DNA from: Eledone cirrhosa
Taxonomy: Eukaryota
Assembly: GCA_964016885.1 (NCBI GenBank)
Contig: OZ024755.1
Location: 38,192,001-38,256,000, forward strand
DNA: 64,000 nucleotides
Reading direction: 5' to 3'
Position 1 is the stretch's first letter. The number at the start of each line of letters is the position of its first letter. The notes under the pieces are model-generated. The model was not told the DNA's origin. It searched no databases and was given only the letters and a program-made list of their open reading frames with translations. A program made the translations under genes and the position numbers. This document shows positions 1 to 13,698 of this stretch, in pieces.

Positions 1-199
1 GGCCTTGTGCCAAAAGTAGAAACAATTATTATTATTACAATATCATCTAAGGATCATAAGTGAAGTTCTGTGGCAAATACAACTTTGATAGGGAAGGAGT
101 TTTAACAAATTCCTGCCAAGTTCTTCATTAATTGAAATACAGTGTATGGTTATATATGGGGAAGGTAGATATGATTGGTAGTGACCCCCTTCTGGACAG

Positions 200-500
200 A
201 TGGAGTGAAGGGGTACATGAGGAGAGGTGGAGGGGGTACATGAAGAGATCTGGAGGGGGAGTACATGAAGAGAGGTGGAGGGAGTACAGGAAGATAGGTG
301 GAGGGAGGTGTTCGTGAAGAGAGATGGAGGGAGGGGTACATGAAGAGAGGTGGGGGAGGTGTTTGTGAAGGGAGGTGTACATGAAGAGAGGAGGGGAGGT
401 GTTCGTGAAGAGAGGTGGAGGAGGTGTTCATGAAGAGAGGTGAGATGGGGTGGGGGTTCATGGAGAGGGGTGGTGGGCTGTACATGGAGAAGGGGGGAGG
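200..500. repeat. Degenerate GA-rich minisatellite (gtacatgaagagaggtggaggg-like)
   Basis: Recurrent catgaagagagg motif with variable spacing. Confidence 0.75.
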
Positions 501-580
501 AGGCTATTTTCAAAATAACAAAGGTTTCATGAAATACTCCCTTGTTTAACAGCTGGATTTGGGTTAAAATGGAAAGTAGT

Positions 581-908
581 GAGGAATAGGGGTTAGTTTT
601 GTCTGACAGGGTGTAGGGCAGTGAAATAGGGGTTAGTTTTGCCTGACTCAATGCAAGGCAGTGAAATAGGGGTTAGTTTTGCCTGACTCAATGCAAGGCA
701 GTGAAATAGGGGTTAGTTTTGTCTGACTCAATGCAAGGCAGTGAAATAGGGGTTAGTTTTGTCTGACTCAATGCAAGGCAGTGAAATAGGGGTTAGTTTT
801 GTCTGACACAGTGTAGGGCAGTGAAATAGGGGTTAGTTTTGTCTGACTCAATGCAAGGCAGTGAAATAGGGGTTAGTTTTGTCTGACTCAATGCAAGGCA
901 GTGAAATA
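581..908. repeat. 40-bp minisatellite, about 8 copies
   Basis: gtgaaataggggttagttttgtctgactcaatgcaaggca recurs every 40 bp (621, 661, 701...). Confidence 0.95.
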
Positions 909-1119
909 AAAAAAGAAAGAAAAAGTCCCCCTCAACACTTGTGTGTACAGTAGAGAGTTTTTAGGGGTTTTTATTATATTGTTGTTGTATGTAATATCAA
1001 AAGAATGTTTATAGTCAGGCTGTAGAAGTGAAGATATTTTTATTGACCAGATGGCTGGCTGTTATTTACAGAGTCTCTCTACTGTCTGGCAGTAGATGGG
1101 GGAGGGGAGAGTGTTGTCT

Positions 1120-1370
1120 TAGTGTGTGGGTGTGTGAGAGAGAGAGAGAAAGAGTGTGCCTGTGTGTGTGTGAGAGAGAGTGTGTGTCTGTGTGAGAGAT
1201 TGTGTGTCTGTGTGTGTGTGTGAAAGAGAGAGTGTGTATGTGTGTGTGAGAGAGAGAGTGTGTATGTGAGAGAGTGTGTCTGTGTGTGTGTGTGAGAGAG
1301 AGAGTGTGTCTGTGTGAGAGAGAGAGAGTGTGTGAGAGAGATAGTGTGTGTGTGAATGTGTCTGTGTGTA
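1120..1370. repeat. Compound (GT)n/(GA)n microsatellite
   Basis: Direct reading. Confidence 0.9.
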
Positions 1371-1453
1371 TCCTGAACAATAGAAATTGACTGAATTGTC
1401 AAGATGAGGAAAGAGTGGGAAATACTGGGGCCTGAATGACCACTTCCTCTTTG

Positions 1454-1833
1454 CACTGGCTGTCTCTCTAGATTGGTCCCCACCCCACTGGCTGTCTCTC
1501 TAGATTGGTCCCCACCCCACTGGCTGTCCCTCTAGATTGGTCCCCACCCCACTGGTTGTCCCTCTAGATTGGTCCCCACCCCACTGGCTGTCCCTCTAGA
1601 TTGGTCCCCACCCCACTGGTTGTCTCTCTAGACCTCTGTTGTCTTTGGTCCCCACCCCAGTGGCTGCTTCTCTAGACCTCTGTTGTCTTTGGTCCCCACC
1701 CCACTGGCTGCCTCTTTAGACCTCTGTTGTCCTTGGTCCCCACCCCACTGGCTGCCTCTTTAGACCTCTGTTGTCCTTGGTCCCCACCCCACTGGCTGTC
1801 TCTCTAGACTTGTTGTCCTTGGTCCCCACCCCC
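1454..1833. repeat. Minisatellite, about 33-bp unit changing to about 45-bp unit
   Basis: cactggctgtctctctagattggtccccaccc; later units gain a cctctgttgtc insert. Confidence 0.9.
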
Positions 1834-1993
1834 TGCACTGCTGGGCCTGCTTGAGGAGGGCTCCCGTTGAGGTGGTGGTGGCTGTTGCAGCAGGTGTCTC
1901 TGTGGCACCACTCAGACTGGGGTATAGGGGCTGTCCTTTTGCCTCTCCCTTTCTTTCATTGCTTGATCCTTTCTTCTTTCTTTTCTCTTCCCT

Positions 1994-2622
1994 TTAGCCC
2001 TTTAGGATTTAAACCGGCCGGCCGTATCTGGCCAGAATTCTCTCACCTCTTTCTGTTCAAACTGTCCATAACCGGCTGCTTATACTGATGTTTAGGTATT
2101 GTTCTCAAAATAAATAACATCAATATCTCATAGATTTGATATTATGTGCGGTAACACCTTTACCATGAAAATACAATAGTATATATAGAGAAATGTAAAT
2201 GTTATGTGAGATATTATGCGAGGTAAAGCCTTTACTGTGACAATACAATAGTATATATAGAGTAATGTAAATGTTATGTGAGGTAATTATGTGAGATAAA
2301 GCCTTTACTGTGAAATTACAATAGTATATATAGAGTAATGTAAATGTTATGTGAGATAAAGCCTTTACTGTGAAATTACAATAGTATATATAGAGTAATG
2401 TAAATGTTATGTGAGATATTATGTGAGGTAAAGCCTTTACTGTGAAAATACAATAGTATATATAGAGTAATGTAAATGTTATGTGAGATATTATGTGAGG
2501 TAAAGACTTTACTGTGACAATACAATAGTATATATAGAGTAATGTAAATGTTATGTGAGATAAAGCCTTTACTGTGAAAATACAATAGTATATATAGAGT
2601 AATGTAAATGTTAAAGGGTTAA
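1994..2622 (+). mobile_element. piggyBac-like MITE (family A) with internal tandem amplification
   Basis: Ends ccctttag...taaagggTTAA; body matches the copy at 33145-33384; the 3' 60-75 bp segment is repeated about 7 times. Confidence 0.8.
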
Positions 2623-3002
2623 AAGTATGTTTTGTTTTTCTTAGCTACTGAATATCTACTTCTAAGTTGATTAATAAACTGATGTATTTGAAAAATATAG
2701 ATCTCCCTGAGCTCTCCCTCATGTTGACAAGGGTCGGACATAACTAAGGCAGTTCAGATGACCATAGTTTACTCAATCATCATCTTGAGTGTGGGGTGGG
2801 GCAAGTTTGGCAAGGGTGGGGCAAGGTTGGCATGGGTGGGGCAGCATATCTTGGTCTAAGACAGATTACCAGAGATAACGCTTATTTCTTCCATTATATT
2901 AAAACAAATGGAACTATAAAACCATCACCTTTCTCTCTCTCTATCTCTTTTCCTCCATATCTCTCTCTCCCTCTCACTTCCCTTCTTCTTTCTCTCTCTC
3001 TG

Positions 3003-4195
3003 GACCACAGTCTACTGGTCACAGTCTAATGACCACAGTGACCACAGTCTAATGACCACAGTGACCACAGTGACCACAGTCTAATGACCATAGTGACCAC
3101 AGTGACTACAGTCTAATGACCACAGTCTAATGACCATAGTGACCAGTCTAATGACCACAATGACCAAAGTCTAATGACCATAGTGACCAGTCTAATGACC
3201 ACAATGACCAGTGACCAAAGTCTAATGACCATAGTGACCAGTCTAATGACCACAGTGACCAAAGTCTAATGACCATAGTGACCAGTCTAATGACCACAAT
3301 GACCAGTGACCAAAGTCTAATGACCATAGTGACCACAGTCTAATGACCATAGTGACCACAGTCTAATGACCACACTGACCAAAGTCTAATGACCACAGTG
3401 ACCAGTCTAATGACCACAGTGACCAAAGTCTAATGACCATAGTGACCAGTCTAATGACCATAGTGGCCACAGTCTAATGACCATAGTGACCACAGTCTAA
3501 TGACCACAGTGACCAAAGTCTAATGACCACACTGAACAAAGTCTAATGACCACAGTGACCAGTCTAATGACCACAGTGACCAAAGTCTAATGACCATAGT
3601 GACCAGTCTAATGACCAATGACCACAGTCTAATGACCATAGTGACCACAGTCTAATGACCATAATGACCACAGTCTAATGACCATAATGACCACACTGAC
3701 CAAAGTCTAATGACCACAGTGACCAAAGTCTAATGACTATAGTGACCACAGTCTAATGACTATAGTGACCACAGTCTAATGACCACAGTGACCAAAGTCT
3801 AATGACCACAGTGACCAAAGTCTAATGACCACACTGACTACAGTATAATGACCACAGTGACCACAGTGTAATGACCATAGTGACCAGTCTAATGACACAG
3901 TGACCACAGTATAATGACACAGTGACCACAGTGTAATGACCATAGTGACCAGTCTAATGACACAGTGACCACAGTGTAATGACCATAGTGACCAGTCTAA
4001 TGACACAGTGACCACAGTATAATGACACAGTGACCACAGTGTAATGACCATAGTGACCAGTCTAATGACACAGTGACCACAGTATAATGACACAGTGACC
4101 ACAGTGTAATGACCATAGTGACCAGTCTAATGACACAGTGACCACAGTATAATGACCACAATGACTACAGTGACCACAGTAAAATGACCACAACC
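3003..4195. repeat. Degenerate gaccacagt / gaccacagtctaat minisatellite
   Basis: Mixed 9- and 14-bp units. Confidence 0.95.
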
Positions 4196-4324
4196 AGTAA
4201 AGGAATAAGAGAATAGAGGAATATGTCTCCTTCCATCCCAGTCATAGAGTTACATTCTGGAGATATTTCCTCCATATTGTTAACTGTAAATTGATAACAC
4301 TGCTGCAGTATTAATTACCTCCCC

Positions 4325-5620
4325 TCATACACACTGACACATATACACACTCGTACACACTGACACATATACACACTCATACACACTGACACATATACAC
4401 ACTCATACACACTGACACATATACACACTCATACACACTGACACATATACACACTCATACACACTGACACATATACACACTCATACACACTGACACATAT
4501 ACACACTCATACACACTGACACATATACACACTCATACACACTGACACATATACACACTCATACACACTGACACATATACACACTCATACACACTGACAC
4601 ATATACACACTCATACACACTGACACATATACACACTCATACACACATATCCCCACATACACACTGTCACATATACACACTCATACACACATATCCCCAC
4701 ATACACACTGACACATATACACACTCATACACACATATCCCCACATACACACTGACACATATGCACACTCATACACACATACACACTGGCACACATACAC
4801 ACTCATACACACATATCCCCACATACACACACTCACACATATACTCACTCACACATACACACACTCACACATACACTCACATATACACACTCATACACAC
4901 ATATCCCCACATACACACTGACACATATACACACTCATACACACATATCCCCACATACACACTGACACATTTACACACTCATACACACATACACACTGGC
5001 ACACATACACACTCATACACACATATCCCCACATACACACACTCACACATATACTCACTCACACATACACACACTCACACATACACTCACATACACACAT
5101 ATCCCCACATACACACTGACACATATACACACTCATACACACATATCCCCACATACACACTGACACATATACACACATACACACATATCCCCACATACAC
5201 ACTGACACATATACACACTCATACACACATATTCCCACATACACACTGACACATTTACACACTCATACACACATACACACTGGCACACATACACACTCAT
5301 ACACACATATCCCCACATACACACACTCACACATACCCTCACATATACTCACTCACACATACACACACTCACACATACACTCACATATACACACTCACAC
5401 ATACACTCACTCACACATACACTCACTCACACATACACACACATATACTCACTCACACATACACACACTCACACATACGCCCACATATACACACTCACAC
5501 ATACTCCCACATATACATACTCCCACACATACACACTCACACATACCCTCACACACATATTCACCCAATTACACATATGCACATACATATACACACTCAC
5601 ACATACACACACTTATACAT
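4325..5620. repeat. CA-rich 26-bp minisatellite decaying into (CA)n-like sequence
   Basis: tcatacacactgacacatatacacac repeats. Confidence 0.95.
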
Positions 5621-5934
5621 ACTCCCACACCTTTATGTAGGTAGCTTCTGCAGAAGAACTAAAGTGTTTTTCAATTGCATTCTTTGCATCTGTTTCTGTA
5701 GTTGGTGTCTTGTTTTGTGGTTAGGAGAGGAAAATAGTTTATATTCCTATAAACTATTTCTGGTTTACAATCCTCTCAAGTTGCTTTGGAATGGTGTTCA
5801 CTCTTCTGTCTAACTCATTATCTCCTTATTATCTTCCATTTTTAGATCGTCTGCATCATCATCTTCATTCCTCTCTTCATTTTCATCATCAGTGTCGTCT
5901 TCGCCACTCTCATCGTTTTCTTCATCATTCTCAT

Positions 5935-6690
5935 CATCGTATGTCCATTTTCCATGCTGGTATGGGTTGGACAGGTTGTGACGGTCTGAGACTTGGTGGG
6001 TCACATAAGCTACATACTCTGTATCTGGTTTACAATAGGTACACTGCATTGTTGCTGCTATGGGTTGGACAGGTTGTGACGGTCTGAGACTTGGTGGGTC
6101 ACAAAAGCTACATACTCTGTATCTGGTTTACAATAGGTACACTGCATTGTTGCTGGTATGGGTTGGACAGGTTGTGACGGTCTGAGACTTGGTGGGTCAC
6201 AAAAGCTACATACTCTGTATCTGGTTTACAATAGGTACACTGCATTGTTGCTGGTATGGGTTGGACAGGTTGTGACGGTCTGAGACTTGGTGGGTCACAT
6301 AAGCTACATACTGTGTATCTGGTTTACAATAGGTACACTGCATTGTTGCTGGTATGGGTTGGACAGGTTGTGACGGTCTGAGACTTGGTGGGTCACAAAA
6401 GCTACATACTCTGTATCTGGTTTACAATAGGTACACTGCATTGTTGCTGGTATGGGTTGGACAGGTTGTGATGGTCTGAGACTTGGTGGGTCACATAAGC
6501 TACATACTGTGTATCTGGTTTACAATAGGTACACTGCATTGTTGCTGGTATGGGTTGGACAGGTTGTGACGGTCTGAGACTTGGTGGGTCACATAAGCTA
6601 CATACTCTGTATCTGGTTTACAATAGGTACACTGCATTGTTGCTTGTAAATGATGACTGAATCAGTTGGCACCAGGAAGGAGATCTGACT
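5935..6690 (-). repeat. SINE remnant containing a 98-bp tandem array, 7 copies
   Basis: tgggttggacag at 5963, 6061, 6159...; preceded by the reverse-complement SINE tail catcatcgtatgtccattttccatgctgg. Confidence 0.85.
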
Positions 6691-7064
6691 ATAAACATTA
6701 CATTAGAAAATACTTCACGATGATTATGTAGCTTGTTATGGGGCTTGCAACACTACCCCCCACACACTTTATCAGGCAAAAGGGCTTGAAAATGCTTGTT
6801 ATTGTTTGGTAGTAATTATCTGCCAGTTAGTTGAACACATATGAGATATAACCCATCACCTCAACAACATCAGTGTGTGACATCTTAATACAAGCCATCA
6901 GTTCTGCCAACAAATGTATTCATTTTCTATTGATTGGTTCAGCTTTGACATAATGAATGTCTAACCACTCCCATGTTAAACAATAAATACTATTCAGACA
7001 CGATAAACTGATTGTAAATCTCACAACAAAAATAGTAAGAGCCTGCAAAATGTTGAAATAAGTT

Positions 7065-7500
7065 GGGAGTAGTTTCCCAATCATTCTCTACATTCATCAA
7101 TCTCTCATAGTAACATTTCCAGGCCTCTTTTTTTTTAGCATCAGTGGTGCTAAGTACACCAGCGTCATTTCTAACACATCTTTCCCCGACAACATCTCTA
7201 TTCACACTGACACCCTGAACATTGGCAAACTTTCTCTCTTCAGCCTATCTCTCACCTGTGAATACCTGACGTCTAGCTTCTCTTTTAGCTACCTGGTATC
7301 AATCTCTGCTTCTCCCATTTTTCCAGTCTTTTCATGCCTGTCTCTTGGCTTTAATGGCTCTATCTACTGTGTTGTTCCACCACCAGGTCACCCTCTGTCT
7401 GGCTGGTGCTTTACTCCATAGTCTTGTCAGTAGTTCACAAAAGGTTGTCATGTAAGAATTTCCAGTTGTCCTCCACACTATATATATCTAGCTCATCATC
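7065..7500 (-). mobile_element. RTE-type LINE fragment (region between endonuclease and RT)
   Basis: Translation DVVGERCVRNDAGVL...KKEAWKCYYERLMNVENDW, typical of RTE ORFs; disrupted. Confidence 0.75.
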
Positions 7501-7773
7501 CCTCTCATTCAGTGCATCCCGTAGGATGAAACATTTGTTAAGTTGTGTGTCTATCCAATTTAGATTAATTATAGAAGGCCCAGGAGGAATTCTAGTGAGG
7601 CAGTTATTTACATTTCCAATAGTTTTATCGTGAACACCATATCATCAATATCTGAATTAAGGTGATCAATATTGACATATATATCAGCCAATGGTGACCA
7701 GGAAGGCATCTGTAACTAGAGTTGATAAAACTATATTGATCTGAAATGAAGTTGGTTTTATGTGATAGGCTTT

Positions 7774-7890
7774 TTAACCCTTTTGGTTTTAAATGACCTG
7801 AAACTGCCCCTGGTTCTATGATTTAACTTATATTTAAAATGTTTATATTTATTTAAAAACCTTACAACATAATTTTATGTAAAATCATTT
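7774..7890 (-). mobile_element. piggyBac-like MITE (family B) terminal fragment
   Basis: TTAAcccttt terminus and tggttctatg motif resembling 44150-44215 in reverse. Confidence 0.5.
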
Positions 7891-8029
7891 AAGTTGTGTG
7901 TTTATCCAGTTGAGAATAAGTTTACTATATCCTTGCATATTGTAAGGGATGGTGCCAGGAGGAGCATTTGGCCATAAAACAGTGCCTCAAAAAGTACCCT
8001 TTTTTATTTTATTATAGGGGTGCATCAGG

Positions 8030-8910
8030 GATGTGTACTGTCCCTTTATATTCCTGTAGGTGGTGGATTTCATCATGGGGAAGTATGTATATGAGGGGTC
8101 CAGCATATAACTTCAAATGGGGACAGGAAAGACTCACAAACCTTCACTTCACTGATGATCTGGGACTCTTTAGTATTACATCAACTATAATGCAAGACAT
8201 GGCCACTAATCTTACCAATTGCAGCTCAAAGATTTGTCTTCATATCAACATTGAAAAGACCAAGGTGATACTTATTGTGGGGGCACAACAGCAACCAGTC
8301 CAGCTGGAAAACCAGACTCTGTATATGGTTGAAAGATTTGCATACCCTTGCTAAGGCTGGCAACTCAAGAACTGATGTGGAAAAGACACTTGGCAGCTGT
8401 GATTCAGTGCATGAAGCCGGTATGGCCCAACTCCTCAATCAACCAAGTCATGAAGCTCCACCTTTATACACCAATTGTTGTGCCAATGGTGACTTATGCC
8501 TCTTAAGACATAAAGAGTCTAAACAACTGTAGATGTCTTCTATAGGCATTGTCTTTGGACCATAATTACAATTTCTTGGCATCACCATATCTCAGATGGG
8601 GAGGTCATAGAAAGTGGAAAGGGGCCGAATAATCTATGGGATCTATCACTACACAATAGAGGGCGATGGTTAGCGATATACTAGGCATGCCCACGAAGAG
8701 ACCTGTTAAGATCTTTATGGAATGGAAACAAGAAAGGGTTTGTAGAAAGCAAGGCAAAGCCGTCAAGACCTGGTTGAGGTCTGTGGAAGAAGACCTGGCT
8801 TACATGGGGCCTAGACTGGGAGGAGGCCTATGACCATGCTTGAAACCATGCAGAATGGAGATCTCTCATTTCCCAAGTCTACATAAGGAGCAGAACTAAA
8901 AGAGAAGAAG
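8030..8910 (+). mobile_element. Decayed RTE-type LINE, RT core to C-terminus
   Basis: LTNLHFTDDLGL (YADD-like), LHINIEKTKVI and VERFAY motifs; frameshifts and stops. Confidence 0.75.
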
Positions 8911-9042
8911 CTCTATGTCTGTCTACATATTATTTGTTTCTTCTCCTCTCTTTACATTCAACATCATAGGTGGTTATATTTGTCTATGTTTGCATAAATA
9001 GTGTCCGTGCTGCTCTGTCGTTAGACTTGGGAAGATCTATAC

Positions 9043-9334
9043 CAGGTATGGGCAACCTTTTTCAAGAAGCGGGCCACATGAGATATGACTCATCATCAGG
9101 CGGGCCGCAAGCGCTAATTTACATTCGTGCCCACATTAAAAATAAAGGGCAGTAACTCAGGATGTTTTGATTTGTTTCTTCAGAATTCCTACACGTTGTT
9201 TTCCTCGATCGTAAAAATGATAGAAAGGTAAATTACGAGTGAAAAGTTTGGGTAAAAAAATCAGAAATATTTCACTTAGGTGACTTAAGTGAGCTATTCA
9301 GAGAGGTTCACGGGCCGTAGGTTGCCCATGACTG
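9043..9334. mobile_element. hAT (Charlie-like) MITE
   Basis: TIRs caggtatgggcaac / gttgcccatgactg; subterminal cgggcc motifs; TSD poorly preserved. Confidence 0.75.
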
Positions 9335-9759
9335 ACCTTACCATGACCTTACTAAAACAAAACACAAATAAAAAGAATTATTTTCTATAGAAGATTGCCT
9401 CAAAAAGCTTCATCCAATCCATGTTACATGGAAGCATCATCATCATCGTTTAACGTCCATCTTCCACGCTAGCATGGGTTAGACACAACCCTAAAACTGA
9501 TGATAATGATGATGATGGTGGTGGTGTTGCGCGCACACACACACACACACACATACACATACACATATATGCTTCTTATCATGACAGGAAACTTAATATA
9601 AAAGTTATGTTTAGATAATAAATAGAATATTTAGTTTTTTTTCTGTGTTTATGAAAACTGTAAAAGTTAAAAATTATTATATAATATAGGCAAGATTAGA
9701 TAAGGGATCAAATGCTGCAGGTGTTACTGCATATGGGTAATATTGAAAAAATATGTGTG

Positions 9760-9799
<40 letters not shown>

Positions 9800-9827
9800 A
9801 ACAAAAGATGGTTAAAGGAGTTCCATG

Positions 9828-9895
9828 TATTTTATTATGCGCATTTCAAAAACAAACATCATCATGCAATATTTGTGTTTTCATCAGATAAAACA
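9828..9895 (-). ncRNA. Type I hammerhead ribozyme motif, intact core
   Basis: UGUUUUAU-CUGAUGA-stem II-GAAA-UGCGCA-UA^AUAAAAUA. Confidence 0.85.
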
Positions 9896-9982
9896 GGAGG
9901 ACATGATATGAAGGCTAAAAAACACGTGGATAGTGCAGTTTTAAATCAACATATATATATATATATATACAATATATATATA

Positions 9983-10278
9983 TCATCATCATTTCATTTT
10001 ACGTCTGCTTTTTCCCTGAACTGCTGGCTTGATTTCTACAGCTGGATGCCCTTCCTAACACCAACCTCATTTACAGTGATTGCTGGGTGCTTTTTTGCCG
10101 TGGCACCTCCACGACCACTTTGCAGTGGAATGATAGGGACCCCAGTCCCTAGCATCTCATTTCTACAGCTGAGTAAACTGGGGCAATGTGAAATAAAGTC
10201 TCTTGCTCAAGGAAACAACACATCACCTGGTCTGAGAATTGACCTCACAACCTTTCGATTGCAAGGCCAATGCTCTAA
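9983..10278 (-). mobile_element. tRNA-headed SINE
   Basis: Matches the full copy at 42851-43190. Confidence 0.9.
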
Positions 10279-10313
10279 CCACTAAGCCATATGCCTCTAT
10301 ATATATATGTATG

Positions 10314-10363
<50 letters not shown>

Positions 10364-10400
10364 TTTTTAACAAATGGAAACTATATTTATAAAACCATAT

Positions 10401-10470
10401 TTATTTCATTATACATACTTCAAGGGCCACCAAAGCAGATTATGGTGCACTTTCATCAGATAAAATATAA
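10401..10470 (-). ncRNA. Degenerate type I hammerhead motif (GAAG instead of GAAA)
   Basis: UUAUAUUUUAU-CUGAUGA-AAGUGCACCA..UGGUGGCCCUU-GAAG-UAUGUA-UA^AUGAAAUAA. Confidence 0.7.
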
Positions 10471-10548
10471 TATAGATTAGTTTTATAAATAAATATTGAC
10501 ATACCCTGAAAAAATGCAACCTTTACGGTTTGAGTCTCCTGGATAGTC

Positions 10549-10664
10549 TTTTAATGTGGGCTCAAATGTAAATTAGCGCTTGCGGCCCATCTGATGATGA
10601 GTCATATCTCATGTGGCCCGCTTCTTGAAAAAGGTTGCCCAAACCTGGTATAGATCTTCCCAAG
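10549..10664 (-). repeat. Inverted local duplication of 9026-9141
   Basis: Reverse complement of the hAT MITE left end plus about 17 bp of its unique flank. Confidence 0.85.
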
Positions 10665-10782
10665 ACTATATATATATATATGGTCGTCAAGTATGAAATT
10701 TGTAGAAAAAAACATGACTATATGCCTCACTACAAATTTCATACTTGACCACCCAATATATATATATAACAAAATATTCTCT

Positions 10783-10844
<62 letters not shown>

Positions 10845-10879
10845 TAAATATATATATGTATATATATGTAGGTATATAT

Positions 10880-11605
10880 ATCATCATCATCATCATCATC
10901 ATAACTGTTTAATGTCCATTTTTCCACGCTAGCATGGGTTAGACAAGTTGCCTGCTATGAGAAATGCCAGGTCAGGTGACCATGTCTTGTTCATACAGAA
11001 CTGTTTCTAGCTTGGTTTCTACAGCTGGATGCCCTTCCTAATGCCAACCTCATTTACAGTGTAGGCTGGGTGCTTTTTGTTACGACCACTTTACAGTGTG
11101 GGCCGGAGGCTTTACTAGATGGATGCTTCAGATTGTCCTCCTGGCAGATGTATGGCAAGGTGGGTTGGGGTGGTGCATTCTATATATAAGCTTCATCTTC
11201 AGCCTGTGCCCGTGGGAAGACAGGCCTTCTGTATTACTGCAAATGCCAGAGATCTTGGTCATCATCTTTGAGAGGTGCAATTGGGCAAGATCAGCTTTTA
11301 TCACCTCATCCCAAGTCTTCCTGGGTCTCCCCACTCCAAGGCTTCCATCAACTTTGAGCACTCTGCACCTGTTTATACAGCTGTCATCCTTCATATACAT
11401 GTCCATACCAACACAACCTGCTCTCTTGCCCACTACATATCACTCCTCTTCTAGTTTCTTTCTCAGTTTATTTATGCCTTGCCATTCACGTTATATAACT
11501 ATTACACGTCCATTGGAGTATGTAAGGCTTCTACACTCAACATCCAGGTCTCACTACCATGTAACATTGCTGTTCAGATGCTCACATCATACAGTCTGCC
11601 TTTCA
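10880..11605 (-). mobile_element. RTE-type LINE 3' end with (GAT)n tail
   Basis: CINRCRVLKVDGSLGVGRPRKTWDEVIKADL; tail shared with the SINEs. Confidence 0.85.
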
Positions 11606-12310
11606 TGGTGACAGTGAGGGTGGGGATGATGGTGATGGTGATAGTGATGGTGATGGTGATGGTGATGGTGATGATAGTGATGGTGATGGTGATAGCAATG
11701 GTGATGGTGATGATAGTGATGGTGATGGTGATGGTGATAGCAATGGTGATGGTAATAGCAATGATGATGGTGATGGTGATGGTGATAGCAATGGTGGTGG
11801 TGCTGGTGATAGTGATGGTGATGGTGATGGTAGGAATGATGATGGTGATGATGGTGATGGTGATAGCAATGGTGATGGTGATGATAGTGATGGTGATAGC
11901 AATGGTGATGGTGATGGTGATGGTGATAGCAATGATGATGGTGATGGTGATAGCGATGGTGATGGTGATAGTGATAGCAATGGTGATGGTGATGGTGATA
12001 GCAATGGTGATGGTGATAGCAATGGTGATGGTGATGGTGATGGTAGGAATGATGATGGTGATGATGGTGATAATGGTGAGGATAGTAATGGTGGTGGTGG
12101 TGGTGGTGGTGGTGATAATGATAGTAATGGTGATGGTGGTGGTGATGATGGTGATAACAAATTAATTAATGGTGACAGTGATGATAGTGGAGTTAGGTGG
12201 TGGTGATGGTGATGATGGTGATAGTGATGTTATGGTGATGATGATGATGACAGTGGTAATGAGAGATATGATGACAGTGGTAATGACACTGGTGATGATG
12301 ATGATAGCAG
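11606..12310. repeat. (GAT/GGT)n degenerate trinucleotide tract
   Basis: Direct reading. Confidence 0.95.
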
Positions 12311-12686
12311 TAAAGAGAATATACTAATTTCAGGCTAGAAATATGATTATATCTGACTAACTGTAACATTATTTATGTTAAGTAGCTTATCTCTTTATCA
12401 TTTATTTCATCTGGAAAGAGGGGTTTACACTAATATATCTGTGTGTGTATATATATATATATTATTTAGACTGGGGGTGTCATCAACACCTAATACTTAA
12501 GTTTTTTTTAACTCTACTGTTTAGTTTATCAGTCTCGTTTTTGTCCAACTGCTAAAGTACAGGACATAAAAACACAGATGCCTTCACAAATATAAACATA
12601 GATATAGATGGACACACACATATATATATACGTACACATAACAGGTTTTTTTCTGTTATCATCTACCAAATTCTACTCACAAGATA

Positions 12687-13190
12687 TTGGCAATAGGTTG
12701 GGCAGCTTTCAACAAGAACAAGGAAGTACTAACATCGAAACGAGTTTCCTATCATTTGAAGGTTAAGATCTTTGATACTTACATCCTACCAGTTGTGTTA
12801 TATGGTCTTGACTGTGTTAATTGGATGACAAGGTCACTTCAGAAGCTCTTTACATTCCAGAACCACATCATGAGACTTATGACTGGTAAGCAGCTCAGTG
12901 AGCTGCTCAACATAAGATCAGTTACATCAATTGTCAAGTCAAGAGTACTCAAACTATACGGCCATATAAAGAGATCAACTCGTGGTGTGAGTAGGTTATA
13001 CCTGGAAGGAAGGTTGGCTGGTAAGAGAAGCAGAGGCCGGCAGCCAAACGATGGCTTGACAAAGTCAACTGATGGACTGGACTTGATCTTTACTCTTTGA
13101 ACTTTGCTGTTGGTGATCGAACTTTGTGGAGAGAGATATCACATGTTGATGTACAGTCTGCAACTGGCGGAGTTTAGCATCACAAGAGAG
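12687..13190 (+). mobile_element. RTE-type LINE C-terminal fragment
   Basis: LKVKIFDTYILPVVLYG...LKLYGHIKR...GKRSRGR motifs. Confidence 0.8.
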
Positions 13191-13628
13191 AAGACAATAG
13201 TGGAAGACACTTGGTTAATGTGGCACACAGTTGAACTGAACCTAGAATCACATGGTTGTGGAGCAACCTCCTTAACTACAGTCACACATGGACCTATATA
13301 TATATATATATCAGCATCACTGTTTCACGTCAGTTTTTCCATGCCGGCATGGGTTAGGCGGGTTGTCCTGTTGTAGGCAATGCCAGGTCAGGTGACCATG
13401 TCTTGCTCATATATATATATATATATAATATATATGTATATGTGTAATGGTAACACATTAGTCCGGCAAACCAAAAATGTGGATTCATGTCCCATGTACG
13501 TCAATACTCATCCTTTTTTTCCATCCAGAGGGTTTTTTTAAATCCTAACTAAGCAGACTAATTCTATTTAGTCAAATGCAACGTAAGCACATATTACTAC
13601 CTAATATATATATATACTGGTCAAACAT

Positions 13629-13695
<67 letters not shown>

Positions 13696-13698
<3 letters not shown>

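Noticed and set aside
5810-6049. Acidic DE-rich ORF on the minus strand
   Set aside because: Continuous with the decayed (GAT)n tail of the adjacent SINE
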